Source of the DNA: Deltaproteobacteria bacterium
Lineage (GTDB): Bacteria > Desulfobacterota_D > UBA1144 > Nemesobacterales > JAJCZQ01
DNA: 64,000 nucleotides
NCBI GenBank assembly: GCA_029262335.1
Contig: JAJCZQ010000048.1
Coordinates: 3,844 to 67,843, forward strand
Reading direction: 5' to 3'
Shown one piece after another: positions 10,300-20,246 of the stretch. The translations under genes were made by a program, and so were the position numbers. Positions within the stretch are counted from its first letter, which is position 1, and each line of letters starts with the position of its first letter. The notes below the pieces were generated by a model. It was given only the letters and a program-made list of their open reading frames with translations, ran no database searches and had not been told where the DNA came from.

Positions 10300-11349
10300 A
10301 TGATATATAACTACCAGAACTTATATGTAATAATATTTATAATACTTATTGCATTCACTACACCATCCTTAGCATTAAATAAAGCAGAATTTAATATTAA
10401 TGGTGCTGTACTATCCCATATTCATAAAGAAGGGAGTGGTTATGGGTCTAAAAAATCTGGTGAAATGCGTAAACATCTTAAAAAAACAGGATATAACTCT
10501 GTACAGATTAATACTTTCTGTTATATGCGTGATATCTCAATTCCAGCGGTTTATTATGGATTTGATCCAACATTAGACAATAAATATCTTAGAAAAGAGA
10601 TAAAAAAGCTTCATAAAAAAGGGTTTACAGTAATGTTAAAGCCCCATGTATGGGTTGGTGATAATGAATTCAAACCAGATAACTGGAGAAATAAGATTGA
10701 TTATACAAATCCAGGTGAAAGAGCTTCCTGGTTTCACAACTATGGAAAATATATATTAACCCAGGCTGAATTTGCTGAGAAAAACGGGGTTGAAATTTTT
10801 GTAATTGGAACTGAACTTGTAAGAATGACAAAATATGACAAGGAATGGAAGAAGTTAATCAGTGATGTAAGAGAAGTTTATAAAGGCAAATTAACATATG
10901 CTGCCGAAGGTAGTAATGCATTTAATATTATGTTCTGGGAACAGCTGGACTTTATTGGCCTTGATGTTTATTTTCAGCTTACGGATAAACTCAAACCAGA
11001 GTTGAGCGATCTTGAACAAGGCTGGAAAAAACATGAAGAAAAATTAAAAATACTTTCTGATAAATTTAAGAAAAAAATTATTTTCACCGAGATTGGCTAT
11101 AAATCTGTAGAAGGTACAGCAGTAAGACCCTGGGAATGGAATAACAAAGAAAATAATGTCAGCCAGCTGCAACAGGCCCAGGCATTTGAAGCTATGTTTA
11201 GAACATTTTCAGATAAAGAATATATAGAAGGTATCTATATATGGAAATACTTTACGGATAATGACAGCTATGAAAAAGGAAATATTGAAAAAGGTTTTAC
11301 CCCGTACGGTAAGATAGCGGATGGTGTGATATCCAACTGGATTAAATAA
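10300..11349 (+). CDS. Secreted glycoside hydrolase, GH113-like TIM barrel
   Basis: Signal peptide; VMLKPH, IGTEL (acid/base Glu), KLTYAA, FWEQLDFIGLDVYF, FTEIGY (nucleophile Glu). Confidence 0.8.
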   Translation: MIYNYQNLYVIIFIILIAFTTPSLALNKAEFNINGAVLSHIHKEGSGYGSKKSGEMRKHLKKTGYNSVQINTFCYMRDISIPAVYYGFDPTLDNKYLRKEIKKLHKKGFTVMLKPHVWVGDNEFKPDNWRNKIDYTNPGERASWFHNYGKYILTQAEFAEKNGVEIFVIGTELVRMTKYDKEWKKLISDVREVYKGKLTYAAEGSNAFNIMFWEQLDFIGLDVYFQLTDKLKPELSDLEQGWKKHEEKLKILSDKFKKKIIFTEIGYKSVEGTAVRPWEWNNKENNVSQLQQAQAFEAMFRTFSDKEYIEGIYIWKYFTDNDSYEKGNIEKGFTPYGKIADGVISNWIK

Positions 11350-11350
11350 T

Positions 11351-12028
11351 CTATTTTATACCTGTATATATAACCGCTATTCCAAAACTTAGTTCTGAAA
11401 ATTCACAGTTTTTAAATCCACATTCAGACATTATATTTTTAAATACTTCTCTTTGGGGAAATTGAGAAGTTGAGTCTGAAAGATATTTGTACTCCTTACG
11501 GCTACCAAACAATGAACCGATAAAAGGCATAATATATTTAAAATAAAAAAGATAAAGTGAAGTAAATATAGATATCCTTGGGATTGCAAATTCAAGTATT
11601 GCGACTTTGCCGTCTTTTTTCAGAACCCTGTGCATCTCTTTTAATGAACGGCTGTGGTCTATGGTATTTCTGATACCGAAAGCGATTGTTATGCCATCAA
11701 AAAGATTGTCCTTAAAGGGCAGGTCTTCTCCGGCAGACTGAATTAATGACGATCTCTTAGATAATGATTTTTTATCTAATTTATCCTTTCCTATCTTAAG
11801 CATTTCAATGCTTGGATCTACACCAAATCCTGTATCAATTTTTGAAAGCTTAAATCCTTCTATTAATACTTCAGCCGTGCCCGTAGCTACATCAAGAATA
11901 AATGAGTTGTCATCGAATATTCTTACGAGTTTTTTTCTCCATATCTTATCAATACCTGCACTAAACAGGCTGTTTAGCAGGTCGTAATGACTGGAAATCT
12001 TATCAAAAAGGGCTTTAGTATCAGGCAT
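11351..12028 (-). CDS. ubiE: UbiE/MenG quinone C-methyltransferase
   Basis: FDKISSHYDLLN..S.GID..WR, LDVATGT, TIAFGIRN, EMHRVLK.DG..ILEF. Confidence 0.9.
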   Translation of the reverse strand: MPDTKALFDKISSHYDLLNSLFSAGIDKIWRKKLVRIFDDNSFILDVATGTAEVLIEGFKLSKIDTGFGVDPSIEMLKIGKDKLDKKSLSKRSSLIQSAGEDLPFKDNLFDGITIAFGIRNTIDHSRSLKEMHRVLKKDGKVAILEFAIPRISIFTSLYLFYFKYIMPFIGSLFGSRKEYKYLSDSTSQFPQREVFKNIMSECGFKNCEFSELSFGIAVIYTGIK

Positions 12029-12034
12029 TGATGT

Positions 12035-12940
12035 TTATTGTACTAAAATAGAGTTTAATATTCGTTTAATATGTGCTGATTTGTTAAGAACATAAAAATG
12101 TATTCCCGGTGCACCGTTTTGAAGCAGGTCTTTAGCCTGTGCTATACATTGCTTTATTCCCAGCTCTTCTGCATAAGCATCATTGTCAGCAGAAATTTTA
12201 AGTTCGTTTTTTAAATTCTCAGGGAAATTAGCTCCGCACATTGTTGAGATTTTCATAATCTGTTTTGATGATAGTATAGGCATTAACCCGGGTACAATTG
12301 GTATATCTATACCGATGTTACGTACTTTTCTAACAAAATCGTAATAATGATTATTATCAAAGAATAGCTGTGTAATGATAATATCTGCACCAGCCTCTAC
12401 TTTTTTCTTTAAATTCTCAAGGTCGGTATTCAAATCGGGTGCTTCAAGGTGTTTTTCAGGATAACCTGCAATTGCAATCCCGAATTTAACATTAAACTTG
12501 GTATTTCTTTTTTCAAAACCCCTTATGTGATGAACAAGTTCATTTGCATATGTGTATCCGTCATCCGGAGGGATAAAGTTTTTTTCTCCGGCAGGAGGGT
12601 CTCCCCTTAGAGCTACTATGTTATCAATTTCATGGGTCATTACTTTTGTCAGGAAAAGATCAATCTCTTTCCTGTTAGCGCCTACACATGTGAGATGGCA
12701 GGCAGTTTCTATTTTGAGCTGATTTTTTATATAGTTAGCAATGTCTATGGTTTTGTCCCTTGTAGTACCCATGGCACCATATGTAACAGTAATATAATCA
12801 GGAGAAAGCGTTGCCAGTTCGGAAAGGACAGTCTTTAGCTTTTCAATACCATTTGCTGTTTTTGGGGGAAATATTTCAAATGATATGACCGGTTTGTCGG
12901 ATTTTATATATATTTCTGAAAACTTCATAATATTATTCAA
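12035..12940 (-). CDS. metF: Methylenetetrahydrofolate reductase (true start may be ATG at 12928)
   Basis: SFEIFPPKT, TVTYGAMG, HLTCVG, ALRGDPP, AGYPEKH, ITQLFFD, IHFYVLN. Confidence 0.95.
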   Translation of the reverse strand: MNNIMKFSEIYIKSDKPVISFEIFPPKTANGIEKLKTVLSELATLSPDYITVTYGAMGTTRDKTIDIANYIKNQLKIETACHLTCVGANRKEIDLFLTKVMTHEIDNIVALRGDPPAGEKNFIPPDDGYTYANELVHHIRGFEKRNTKFNVKFGIAIAGYPEKHLEAPDLNTDLENLKKKVEAGADIIITQLFFDNNHYYDFVRKVRNIGIDIPIVPGLMPILSSKQIMKISTMCGANFPENLKNELKISADNDAYAEELGIKQCIAQAKDLLQNGAPGIHFYVLNKSAHIKRILNSILVQ

Positions 12941-13040
12941 CTTTTTTGGTTAACATTCTTTCATAATCACTAATTAAGTCAACTATGTATATGAGGCAGT
13001 AAGTTAATGCTAAATCAAATAAAAAAGGTTTAGGTGGTAA

Positions 13041-14297
13041 TCAAATCATGGTTTTTTGCAGCTCTTCTCTTAATTTATTTACTTCGTAGTATGGTTCACC
13101 TGCTTTTTTTGCATCTTCATAAAGTAACTCTAGTTCAATTAATACAGATTCAAGTTTCTTTCTGCTATCCGGATTTAAAAGGGCTTTTCTAGGAGTGAGT
13201 CCATCAAGTTGTTTAAGCGGTGTGTCAATCCACTTGCTGTAATATTGATCCAGTTCACTGTTAAACTGTTTACGGCTCCTGACCCCCTTTGGCAGTTTAA
13301 CGGATTTGGATTCATTCTTAACTGACAATTCGTTGAAATTTTTAGAACTGTCTTTCTTATGTTTTAGGAAACCCTTAAGTAATGTTTCAAGGTAGAATTT
13401 TGCACTGGCAAGAGTATTTAATGAGTTGCAGTTTACAATCATTTTATTGCCTTCTATTTCAATATGAATATCTGCCTCATTACCATCAAGGTTATTTAAT
13501 CTGAATATTATCAGATCATCGGATGTGTTGTTCAGTAGTGAAAAGTTTTTATTTTTACTGATAATTTCTATTATTTTTGATCTTTTAGTTAAGCTGTATT
13601 CAGATTTAGCTATTACAAAATCCTCTCCCTCCGGAGTCAGATAACGCGGGTGTTTAATAACATCATCAATATGGTTGCCAATAAGGTATCCAAAATCTTT
13701 TAAAAAGTTTAACTGGCTTTCTTGTTCACCATTTTCTATTTTGTACGCATTAAAATTAATCTTGAAATATTCCACAATTAAAGGTTTAAATACCAGGGGA
13801 TAAATTGAAACAAGGCTGAAGAAAAAGTTTTTGTCCTGAGTTCTTACAGGCCTGGCACATATAATATCTGTCAGGTTCAGATTGCTAGACACAATAGCAT
13901 CATGAACAACTGTTTCCTCACCTGAAAATATGTCAGACAAGATACAGAACTCACCTGGTTTTATGTCTTTAATTTCAAAATAACTGCGTGAACTATTTTT
14001 CCATTCTTTTAAGACATGTAATTCTTCAATGCTGATATTATCAACCGAATCTTTAACATACAGATCAATTACTCTTGAGTTATTATCAAAAGTTTTGAAA
14101 TCAAAAATAAACCAGTCTAAAAATCTGGCAAACAGTTTGTCATCAATATCGTCTTCTTCATTGTATACAATAATAGAATCGGGATTATCCTGCCAGATAT
14201 AAAAGGCTTCTGCCGTTTGTGAATGAATATGAGGCTGATCTACATATTCTGTGAGTTTGAGTCTGAGACTGCTTTCTATTTGATCGCTATTATCCAT
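13041..14297 (-). CDS. Hypothetical protein with C-terminal Xre/MbcA/ParS-C-like motif
   Basis: 418-aa ORF; FLDWFIFD, SYFEI..IKPG, C-terminal KWIDTPLKQLDGLTPRKAL matches the W-x3-P-x3-L-x-G-x-TP pattern. Confidence 0.55.
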   Translation of the reverse strand: MDNSDQIESSLRLKLTEYVDQPHIHSQTAEAFYIWQDNPDSIIVYNEEDDIDDKLFARFLDWFIFDFKTFDNNSRVIDLYVKDSVDNISIEELHVLKEWKNSSRSYFEIKDIKPGEFCILSDIFSGEETVVHDAIVSSNLNLTDIICARPVRTQDKNFFFSLVSIYPLVFKPLIVEYFKINFNAYKIENGEQESQLNFLKDFGYLIGNHIDDVIKHPRYLTPEGEDFVIAKSEYSLTKRSKIIEIISKNKNFSLLNNTSDDLIIFRLNNLDGNEADIHIEIEGNKMIVNCNSLNTLASAKFYLETLLKGFLKHKKDSSKNFNELSVKNESKSVKLPKGVRSRKQFNSELDQYYSKWIDTPLKQLDGLTPRKALLNPDSRKKLESVLIELELLYEDAKKAGEPYYEVNKLREELQKTMI

Positions 14298-14311
14298 TTT
14301 TTAATAAAAAA

Positions 14312-14782
14312 TTATTTATTACCTTTTGTATTAAATATCTTGTTAAGGGCTTCATTTCTGTAGTTGAATATAGTATCAAGATTATTGCGAATATATATAC
14401 TGTTTAACAAATTACCAAGTAATCCATAAGGTACGGCATAATTTATTAAATCTTTTGCAATTATTCCCTTGTCAATTTCACTGAAAAAATGCTGATGATG
14501 CCAGAGCCTGTATGGTCCTATTCTTTGTTCGTCTATAAAATAATAGGGTTTATTAATATGTGTAATTTCAGTTACCCAGGTTGTTGTGAAACCGCGAAAA
14601 GGAGTTACCTCGTAAGTAATTATCATTCCTTCGTAAAGTTCTTTTTCAATTTCAGATTTTATTTCTAATCCAAGACTGGGAGGAGTTATTAATTTCAGAT
14701 TGTTGGGATCAGAAAAAAAATCCCAGGATTCTTCAATTGTAATTGGTAAAAACTGCTCTCTATTAAGTGTAAATATAGACAT
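14312..14782 (-). CDS. SRPBCC (START-like) family protein
   Basis: WDFFSDPNNLKLITPP, WVTEITH, FIDEQRIGPYRLWHHQHFF, IFNYR. Confidence 0.88.
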   Translation of the reverse strand: MSIFTLNREQFLPITIEESWDFFSDPNNLKLITPPSLGLEIKSEIEKELYEGMIITYEVTPFRGFTTTWVTEITHINKPYYFIDEQRIGPYRLWHHQHFFSEIDKGIIAKDLINYAVPYGLLGNLLNSIYIRNNLDTIFNYRNEALNKIFNTKGNK

Positions 14783-14833
14783 TTTTAGTAATATAAGTAT
14801 AACAAACTATTGGGCCGTTATGATATTAAAGTA

Positions 14834-16003
14834 TTATTCCATATCTTTTTTGTCAGGCTGCCTTGGAAGGCCAATAAATATCCATAAAACCAATACAAAC
14901 AGGGATATAATCAAAGGCAAATTTATATTTATACTATAAAGAAAACCTGACAGCATTCCACCAAAAGAAGCACCCAGGAAGTTTGCAAGATTATAAACAC
15001 CTGAGGAAATCCCCCTGTTTTCACTTGAAATTCTTTGTGTTAGAAATGCAGGCATAATTGACTGAAATATCATATGTCCAAGGAAAAACAGAATCCCGGT
15101 TGCAATCAGGACTACTCTGCCTTTATTTCCCAATAAATACACAATAAAACCAGTTATAAGAAATATAAAAGCAATTTTTATAGTTCTTTTAAGCTGGTTC
15201 TTTTTTTGCGAGCGTTTGATATAAGGGTACGTAAATAGCCCGCTTGGTAAAATAATAATGAGGTAAATCAACCAGAATTTAGAAGTAGAAATATTAAGGG
15301 ACGTCCAGCTTAATGGATAAATGAATAGGAATAAGTTTAAGATAAATGACAAAATAAATGCTGCAAACAGCAAAAGTTTAATGTCCCAGTTTGCAATGAT
15401 ATTAAGTATTTTTCTTGCACTCTGGGGCTGAGTATCTTCTTTTTTAATTACGGGGAAAAGAAAATAAGTAACGATAATTGCTACTAAACCCAGAAGGCCA
15501 AGGATATAAAAAAGTGAATTAAAACCTATCTCAATTGCAAGTAGGGGGCCTACAACTAATGAAAAGATAAAAGCCACACCTATTACAATTCCTGTAACGG
15601 TAAATGCCTGTGCCCTGACCTGCGGCCTTGTAGTATCTCCCAGTGATGCAATGGCTACAGAGCCTACTGCTCCGCTTCCCTGCAGGGCCCTTGCTAAAAT
15701 AAGTTCATATATGTTCCCGGCAAGTGCACAGACAATGCTTCCCACTGAAAACAGTATTAACCCTATGATAAGCATTCTTTTTCTTCCGTATCTGTCGCTT
15801 GCCCATCCAAAGGGGATCTGAAAAAGACTTTGAGTAAGTGCATAAATCCCAAATGCAATACCGGCCAGTGTTAGAGTGGACCCGGGATAATCCGATGTGT
15901 ATACACTAAACACCGGGAGTATAAGGAATATGCCAAGCAGCCTTAGTGATATTATTAATGCAATTGTAAAAGTAGATCTTTTTTCGTTACTGTTTAATTT
16001 CAT
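14834..16003 (-). CDS. MFS transporter, YajR-like
   Basis: LRLLGIFLILPV, GIYALTQ..FQIPFG.ASDRYGRK (motif A), RALQGSGA; about 12 hydrophobic segments. Confidence 0.88.
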   Translation of the reverse strand: MKLNSNEKRSTFTIALIISLRLLGIFLILPVFSVYTSDYPGSTLTLAGIAFGIYALTQSLFQIPFGWASDRYGRKRMLIIGLILFSVGSIVCALAGNIYELILARALQGSGAVGSVAIASLGDTTRPQVRAQAFTVTGIVIGVAFIFSLVVGPLLAIEIGFNSLFYILGLLGLVAIIVTYFLFPVIKKEDTQPQSARKILNIIANWDIKLLLFAAFILSFILNLFLFIYPLSWTSLNISTSKFWLIYLIIILPSGLFTYPYIKRSQKKNQLKRTIKIAFIFLITGFIVYLLGNKGRVVLIATGILFFLGHMIFQSIMPAFLTQRISSENRGISSGVYNLANFLGASFGGMLSGFLYSININLPLIISLFVLVLWIFIGLPRQPDKKDME

Positions 16004-16143
16004 AAAATTATTAATATTTTTAAAGAAAATTGGTCATCTAGTTTAACACAGTTAAAATTAATTTTTCTAATATTATTAATAATTTTTCCATGTTTATATA
16101 TTCTCGAGGAGTGAAATTATCAAATTTCAGTAAAATTGTATAA

Positions 16144-17232
16144 ATGAGACCGACCTGGGTAGAAATTGACCTTAATTCAATCAAAACAAATCTTGAAACC
16201 GTAAAATCTATTGTTGGTGATAATGTATCTGTCCTTGCTATTGTAAAGGCTGATGCATATGGGCATGGGGCAGTTACAGTTTCAAAAACACTAATAAATT
16301 CCGGAGTAGAAAAACTTGGTGTTGCAACCCTGGAAGAGGCTATGGAACTCAGGGAGTCAGGAATTAATCATCCTATTATTATACTTGGCGGTATTCAGAA
16401 AGAAGAACTTGATGATGTAATAAAACATGGCATTATCCCGACTATATACGATCTTAAAATACTGGAAGAGCTTTCAAATGCTGCTAAGAAGATAAATAAA
16501 AATTACAGTTATCATCTGAAGATTGATACAGGCATGAGCAGACTGGGCATTAAACATCAGGACCTGGACCTGTTTTTTGAAAAACATGCAAAGTACAACA
16601 ATCTCAGACTTGTAGGGCTATTTTCACATCTTTCAATGGCCGATGACATAAGCAGTGACTATACAGAAATGCAAATAACCCTCTTTCATGAATCTTTAAA
16701 AAGATTTATAGAACTAAATATAGAGCCTGAGTATCACCACCTGGCTAACAGTGCTGCAATTCAAAACTACCCGCTCTCACATGGCAATATGGTAAGGCCG
16801 GGGATTATGATCTATGGTGCTGGTGCATTTAATGGTTTTAAACTGTTGCCGGTAATGAAACTCAAAAGTAAGATCATACAATTAAAATTACATGAAAAAG
16901 GTACATCTGTAAGTTACGGAGGTACGTATATAACGGATAAGAAGTCGTTAATTGCTACAATACCGATCGGATATGCCGATGGTTATTTAAGAAGGTTGTC
17001 AAATAAAGCTTTTGTTTCCGTAAATGGTGAACGTGCCCCGGTAGTAGGCCGTGTTTGTATGGATTTTATTATGGTTGATGTAACAGAAATAAATAATGTA
17101 AATGTCGGGGATGTTGTTACACTATTTGGGGATGGAAATGTATCTCTGGATGATGTTGCTGACTGGGCAGAGACTATACCCTATGAAATAATGACTCTTG
17201 TCGGGAAAAGGGTCCACAGACTATTTTTATAA
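16144..17232 (+). CDS. alr: Alanine racemase
   Basis: PLP-Lys motif AIVKADAYGHG, HLKIDTGMSRLG, VSYG, PIGYADG, GRVCMD, TIPYE. Confidence 0.97.
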   Translation: MRPTWVEIDLNSIKTNLETVKSIVGDNVSVLAIVKADAYGHGAVTVSKTLINSGVEKLGVATLEEAMELRESGINHPIIILGGIQKEELDDVIKHGIIPTIYDLKILEELSNAAKKINKNYSYHLKIDTGMSRLGIKHQDLDLFFEKHAKYNNLRLVGLFSHLSMADDISSDYTEMQITLFHESLKRFIELNIEPEYHHLANSAAIQNYPLSHGNMVRPGIMIYGAGAFNGFKLLPVMKLKSKIIQLKLHEKGTSVSYGGTYITDKKSLIATIPIGYADGYLRRLSNKAFVSVNGERAPVVGRVCMDFIMVDVTEINNVNVGDVVTLFGDGNVSLDDVADWAETIPYEIMTLVGKRVHRLFL

Positions 17233-17242
17233 TGGCTTAACT

Positions 17243-18670
17243 TTGCGTATATATATAATATTAATAACCCTCTTACTTGTTACCATTTCAGATGCCTATT
17301 CCGGTGGCATAAATCTTGGCCCTCTTTACCATTCACCAGTTAATTCAAAATACGATAAAGAATTTACTGCATTAGGCCCCTTTATAATTTATAAAAAGGA
17401 TAAAGACTATAAGGAATTTGGTTTTAGACCTCTTTTCCATGATACGGTAAATAAGGAAAACAGGTCTAAGGAGCTTGAGTTTTTCTATCCTCTTACTTCC
17501 TACAAAAAAAAGGAAAACTTTTCATGGTTCCAGTACCAGTTTTTCTTTTTTGTATATAATACGGAAATTACACAGTCAGGTTATAAGAACAAGCGGATTA
17601 ATCTCTTTCCCCTGATATTTTATAACAACGAAGAAAATAGTGAAAATAACTATTTTGCTTTTTTCCCTGTTTATGGTGATATGAAAAACAAATTTACCAA
17701 GGACAGGATCAAGTTTTTTATGTTCCCGTTATATATGAAAACTGAAGCGGAAGGAGAGATAACGGATAGTTTTATGTGGCCGTTCATCAGCAACTACAGC
17801 GGGGAACTCGAAGGAGGAAGGTTTTGGCCAATCTGGGGAAACAGGGTTAATAATGTTAAACAGAGCAAGCAGGAATTTCTCTTTTGGCCTTTATATGTAA
17901 ATAAGGAAAGGGATTTTTACGGGGAAAAATTTTATTTCCGTTCATTCTTCCCGGTATATTCTGAGGCTTATGTCCATGGGGTATCCAATAGAGGCTATAT
18001 ATGGCCTTTTATTCAGCACACTGTGAACCATAATACCGGCAATGAACGCTGGGACGCTCCCTGGCCTTTTCTAAGTTTTACAAAAGGAGGAGTAGTTAAT
18101 CAGAAGAGAATATTCCCATTTTATGCCAGAGCTGAACGAGAAGACAATGACACTGATGGTTATATTTTGTGGCCAATTTACAGATACAAAAATATAAAAC
18201 TTGAAAGTTACCAGAGAAATAAAAAATCAGTATTACTTATACTTTATAAAGATGTAAGTTATGAACCTATAGTTGAAGGTGTTAAACCAAAACGAAAAAT
18301 AGACCTATGGCCTCTTTTTACTTATGAAAAAAATGCAGACGGAAAGAGCAATTTTCATATCTTTACGATATTTGAGCCTTTTATCCATTCTAATGACAGA
18401 CTTTACAGGAACTATGCTTCATTCTGGAGACTGTTTGTCTGGGAAAAAGACGAAGATGATGTTACACGAACATCATTTTTGTGGAATCTTGTAAGTTCTT
18501 ACGATAGTGAAGACCTTTTCGTTTTTGATGTAAGGCCTATAATACCACTTTTTAACGTTACAAAGTCAGAGAACTATAAGTCATGGACAGTTCTTGGCGG
18601 ACTTTTTGGATATAAGAAAAAGAATGAAAAAGATATTGTTAAATTTTTGTACATACCCATAGGTGTTTAG
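17243..18670 (+). CDS. Hypothetical exported protein built of ~20 aromatic-Pro (hydrophobic-[FWY]-P-hydrophobic-[FYIW]) repeats
   Basis: In-frame TTG at 17243 gives signal peptide MRIYIILITLLLVTISDAYS; repeats such as FFPVY, MWPFI, FWPIW, FWPLY, LWPIY, LWPLF; lies between alr and mlaE. Confidence 0.75.
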   Translation: MRIYIILITLLLVTISDAYSGGINLGPLYHSPVNSKYDKEFTALGPFIIYKKDKDYKEFGFRPLFHDTVNKENRSKELEFFYPLTSYKKKENFSWFQYQFFFFVYNTEITQSGYKNKRINLFPLIFYNNEENSENNYFAFFPVYGDMKNKFTKDRIKFFMFPLYMKTEAEGEITDSFMWPFISNYSGELEGGRFWPIWGNRVNNVKQSKQEFLFWPLYVNKERDFYGEKFYFRSFFPVYSEAYVHGVSNRGYIWPFIQHTVNHNTGNERWDAPWPFLSFTKGGVVNQKRIFPFYARAEREDNDTDGYILWPIYRYKNIKLESYQRNKKSVLLILYKDVSYEPIVEGVKPKRKIDLWPLFTYEKNADGKSNFHIFTIFEPFIHSNDRLYRNYASFWRLFVWEKDEDDVTRTSFLWNLVSSYDSEDLFVFDVRPIIPLFNVTKSENYKSWTVLGGLFGYKKKNEKDIVKFLYIPIGV

Positions 18671-18683
18671 TTAAAATAAGAAT

Positions 18684-19442
18684 ATGTCAGAACTGTTTAT
18701 AACAACCGGCGGAATTATCAAACTCCTTTTTCAGGCCATCTACTGGTGCAGGGACGCTTACTGGAATATGGATAAAATCCTATACCAGATAACTGAGATC
18801 GGAAACAACACGCTGCCTGTTGCAACTCTGATTGCACTTTCCAGCGGAGCCGTGCTTTCACTCCAGTCAGGCCCTACCTTGGCAAGTTTTGGTATTGAGG
18901 AAAACCTTGGCGGCATAGTCGGGCTTTCCATGGTCAAGGAAATCGGCCCTGTCATGGCATCAATACTAATTGCAGGAAGAATGGGGTCCGCTATGTCAGC
19001 AGAAATTGGTTCTATGAGTGTTTATGATGAAATTGACGCACTAAAAACGATGAACATTAACCCAGTACGTTTTCTCGTTATGCCAAGGTTCCTCGCAATG
19101 ATCCTGGCACTTCCCGTGCTTGTACTATTTATGGATGTTGTAGGATGGTTTGGCGGGGCATTAGTAGCATCTGCTAATCCGGAAATTGGCCTTTCTTACC
19201 AGGTCTATTTCAGAAACCTTGCCGATTTCGTAACTGTAAAGGCAGTCTTTAATGGCCTTATAAAAGCATTTATTTTTGGAATTATTATCTCTATAGTTTC
19301 CTGTTATGTCGGCCTTCGTACAAAGGGAGGCCCAAGGGAAATCGGAAGATCAGTTACAAAAGCAGTTGTATTATCATTTATACTTGTACTTGTGTCTGAT
19401 TATTTTATTACAAGAATATTGTTATTTATGAATATTGATTAA
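18684..19442 (+). CDS. mlaE: MlaE-family ABC permease (MCE transporter)
   Basis: KEIGPVM..ILIAGRMGSAMSAEIGSM.VYDEIDALKTM.INP.RFLVMPR; GGPREIGRSVTKAVV. Confidence 0.93.
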   Translation: MSELFITTGGIIKLLFQAIYWCRDAYWNMDKILYQITEIGNNTLPVATLIALSSGAVLSLQSGPTLASFGIEENLGGIVGLSMVKEIGPVMASILIAGRMGSAMSAEIGSMSVYDEIDALKTMNINPVRFLVMPRFLAMILALPVLVLFMDVVGWFGGALVASANPEIGLSYQVYFRNLADFVTVKAVFNGLIKAFIFGIIISIVSCYVGLRTKGGPREIGRSVTKAVVLSFILVLVSDYFITRILLFMNID

Positions 19443-19445
19443 AAT

Positions 19446-20246
19446 ATGAGCAATAACGGAAATTCACTTTTAAACTATCTTGAGAGCACCCCAATGGATC
19501 TAAGGGTCTCAAACCTTTACAAAAGCTTTCCGGATAAAGAGGTTCTTAAGGGGCTTGACCTTCATGTAGGCCCATCTGAGACACACGTAATACTTGGTAA
19601 GAGCGGTGTTGGAAAATCGTTGCTTTTAAAATGTATATGCGGCCTTGAGCCTTATAACAGCGGATCAGTTTTTTTGAATGGAGAGCAGGTTCTTTCAGAT
19701 AAAGATCTTGCAAAATACAAAATAGGCTTTGTATTTCAGTCATCTGCTCTTTTTAATTCTATGAGTGTAAGTGACAACGTGGGAATATATCTTCGTGAAC
19801 ACAGGCTTGTAAAGGATGAGGACCAATACCGAAGCCTTGTATCAGGAGCTCTTGAGCTTGTTGGACTCAGCGGTGTAGAAGAACAGTTTCCCTCTGAGCT
19901 AAGCGGCGGTATGAAAAGAAGAGTTGCAACAGCCAGGGTACTTGTCATGAGCCCCGATCTGATTCTGTTTGATGAACCTACAACAGGGCTTGACCCAATG
20001 ATGACGAAGACAATCGGTGAACTTATAGTCACATTAAAAGAAACTATTAATACAACTCAGGTTGTTGTTACACATGATATTGAGTTTGGTAAATATATCG
20101 CCGACAGGATTTCTATTATAAGTGAAGGTAAAATAATAGATGTAGGCGATCCAGGTAATCTTGAAAACAGCTGTAATGAAGTTGTAAAAAGTTTTATTTC
20201 TAAAAAATTTGATGAAAGAGAGGGAAAATATGAAGAACGAATATAG
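19446..20246 (+). CDS. mlaF: MlaF-family ABC ATPase
   Basis: Walker A GKSGVGKS, FQSSALFNSM, PSELSGGMKRRV, FDEPTTGLDP, VVTHD. Confidence 0.92.
   Translation: MSNNGNSLLNYLESTPMDLRVSNLYKSFPDKEVLKGLDLHVGPSETHVILGKSGVGKSLLLKCICGLEPYNSGSVFLNGEQVLSDKDLAKYKIGFVFQSSALFNSMSVSDNVGIYLREHRLVKDEDQYRSLVSGALELVGLSGVEEQFPSELSGGMKRRVATARVLVMSPDLILFDEPTTGLDPMMTKTIGELIVTLKETINTTQVVVTHDIEFGKYIADRISIISEGKIIDVGDPGNLENSCNEVVKSFISKKFDEREGKYEERI

Noticed and set aside
12941..13040. Possible SAM riboswitch upstream of metF
   Set aside because: The 100-nt AT-rich gap shows no SAM-I/II core motifs or stable stems.
17198..17242. ORF-track N-terminal extension of the repeat protein overlapping alr
   Set aside because: TTG at 17243 gives a clean signal peptide with no overlap.
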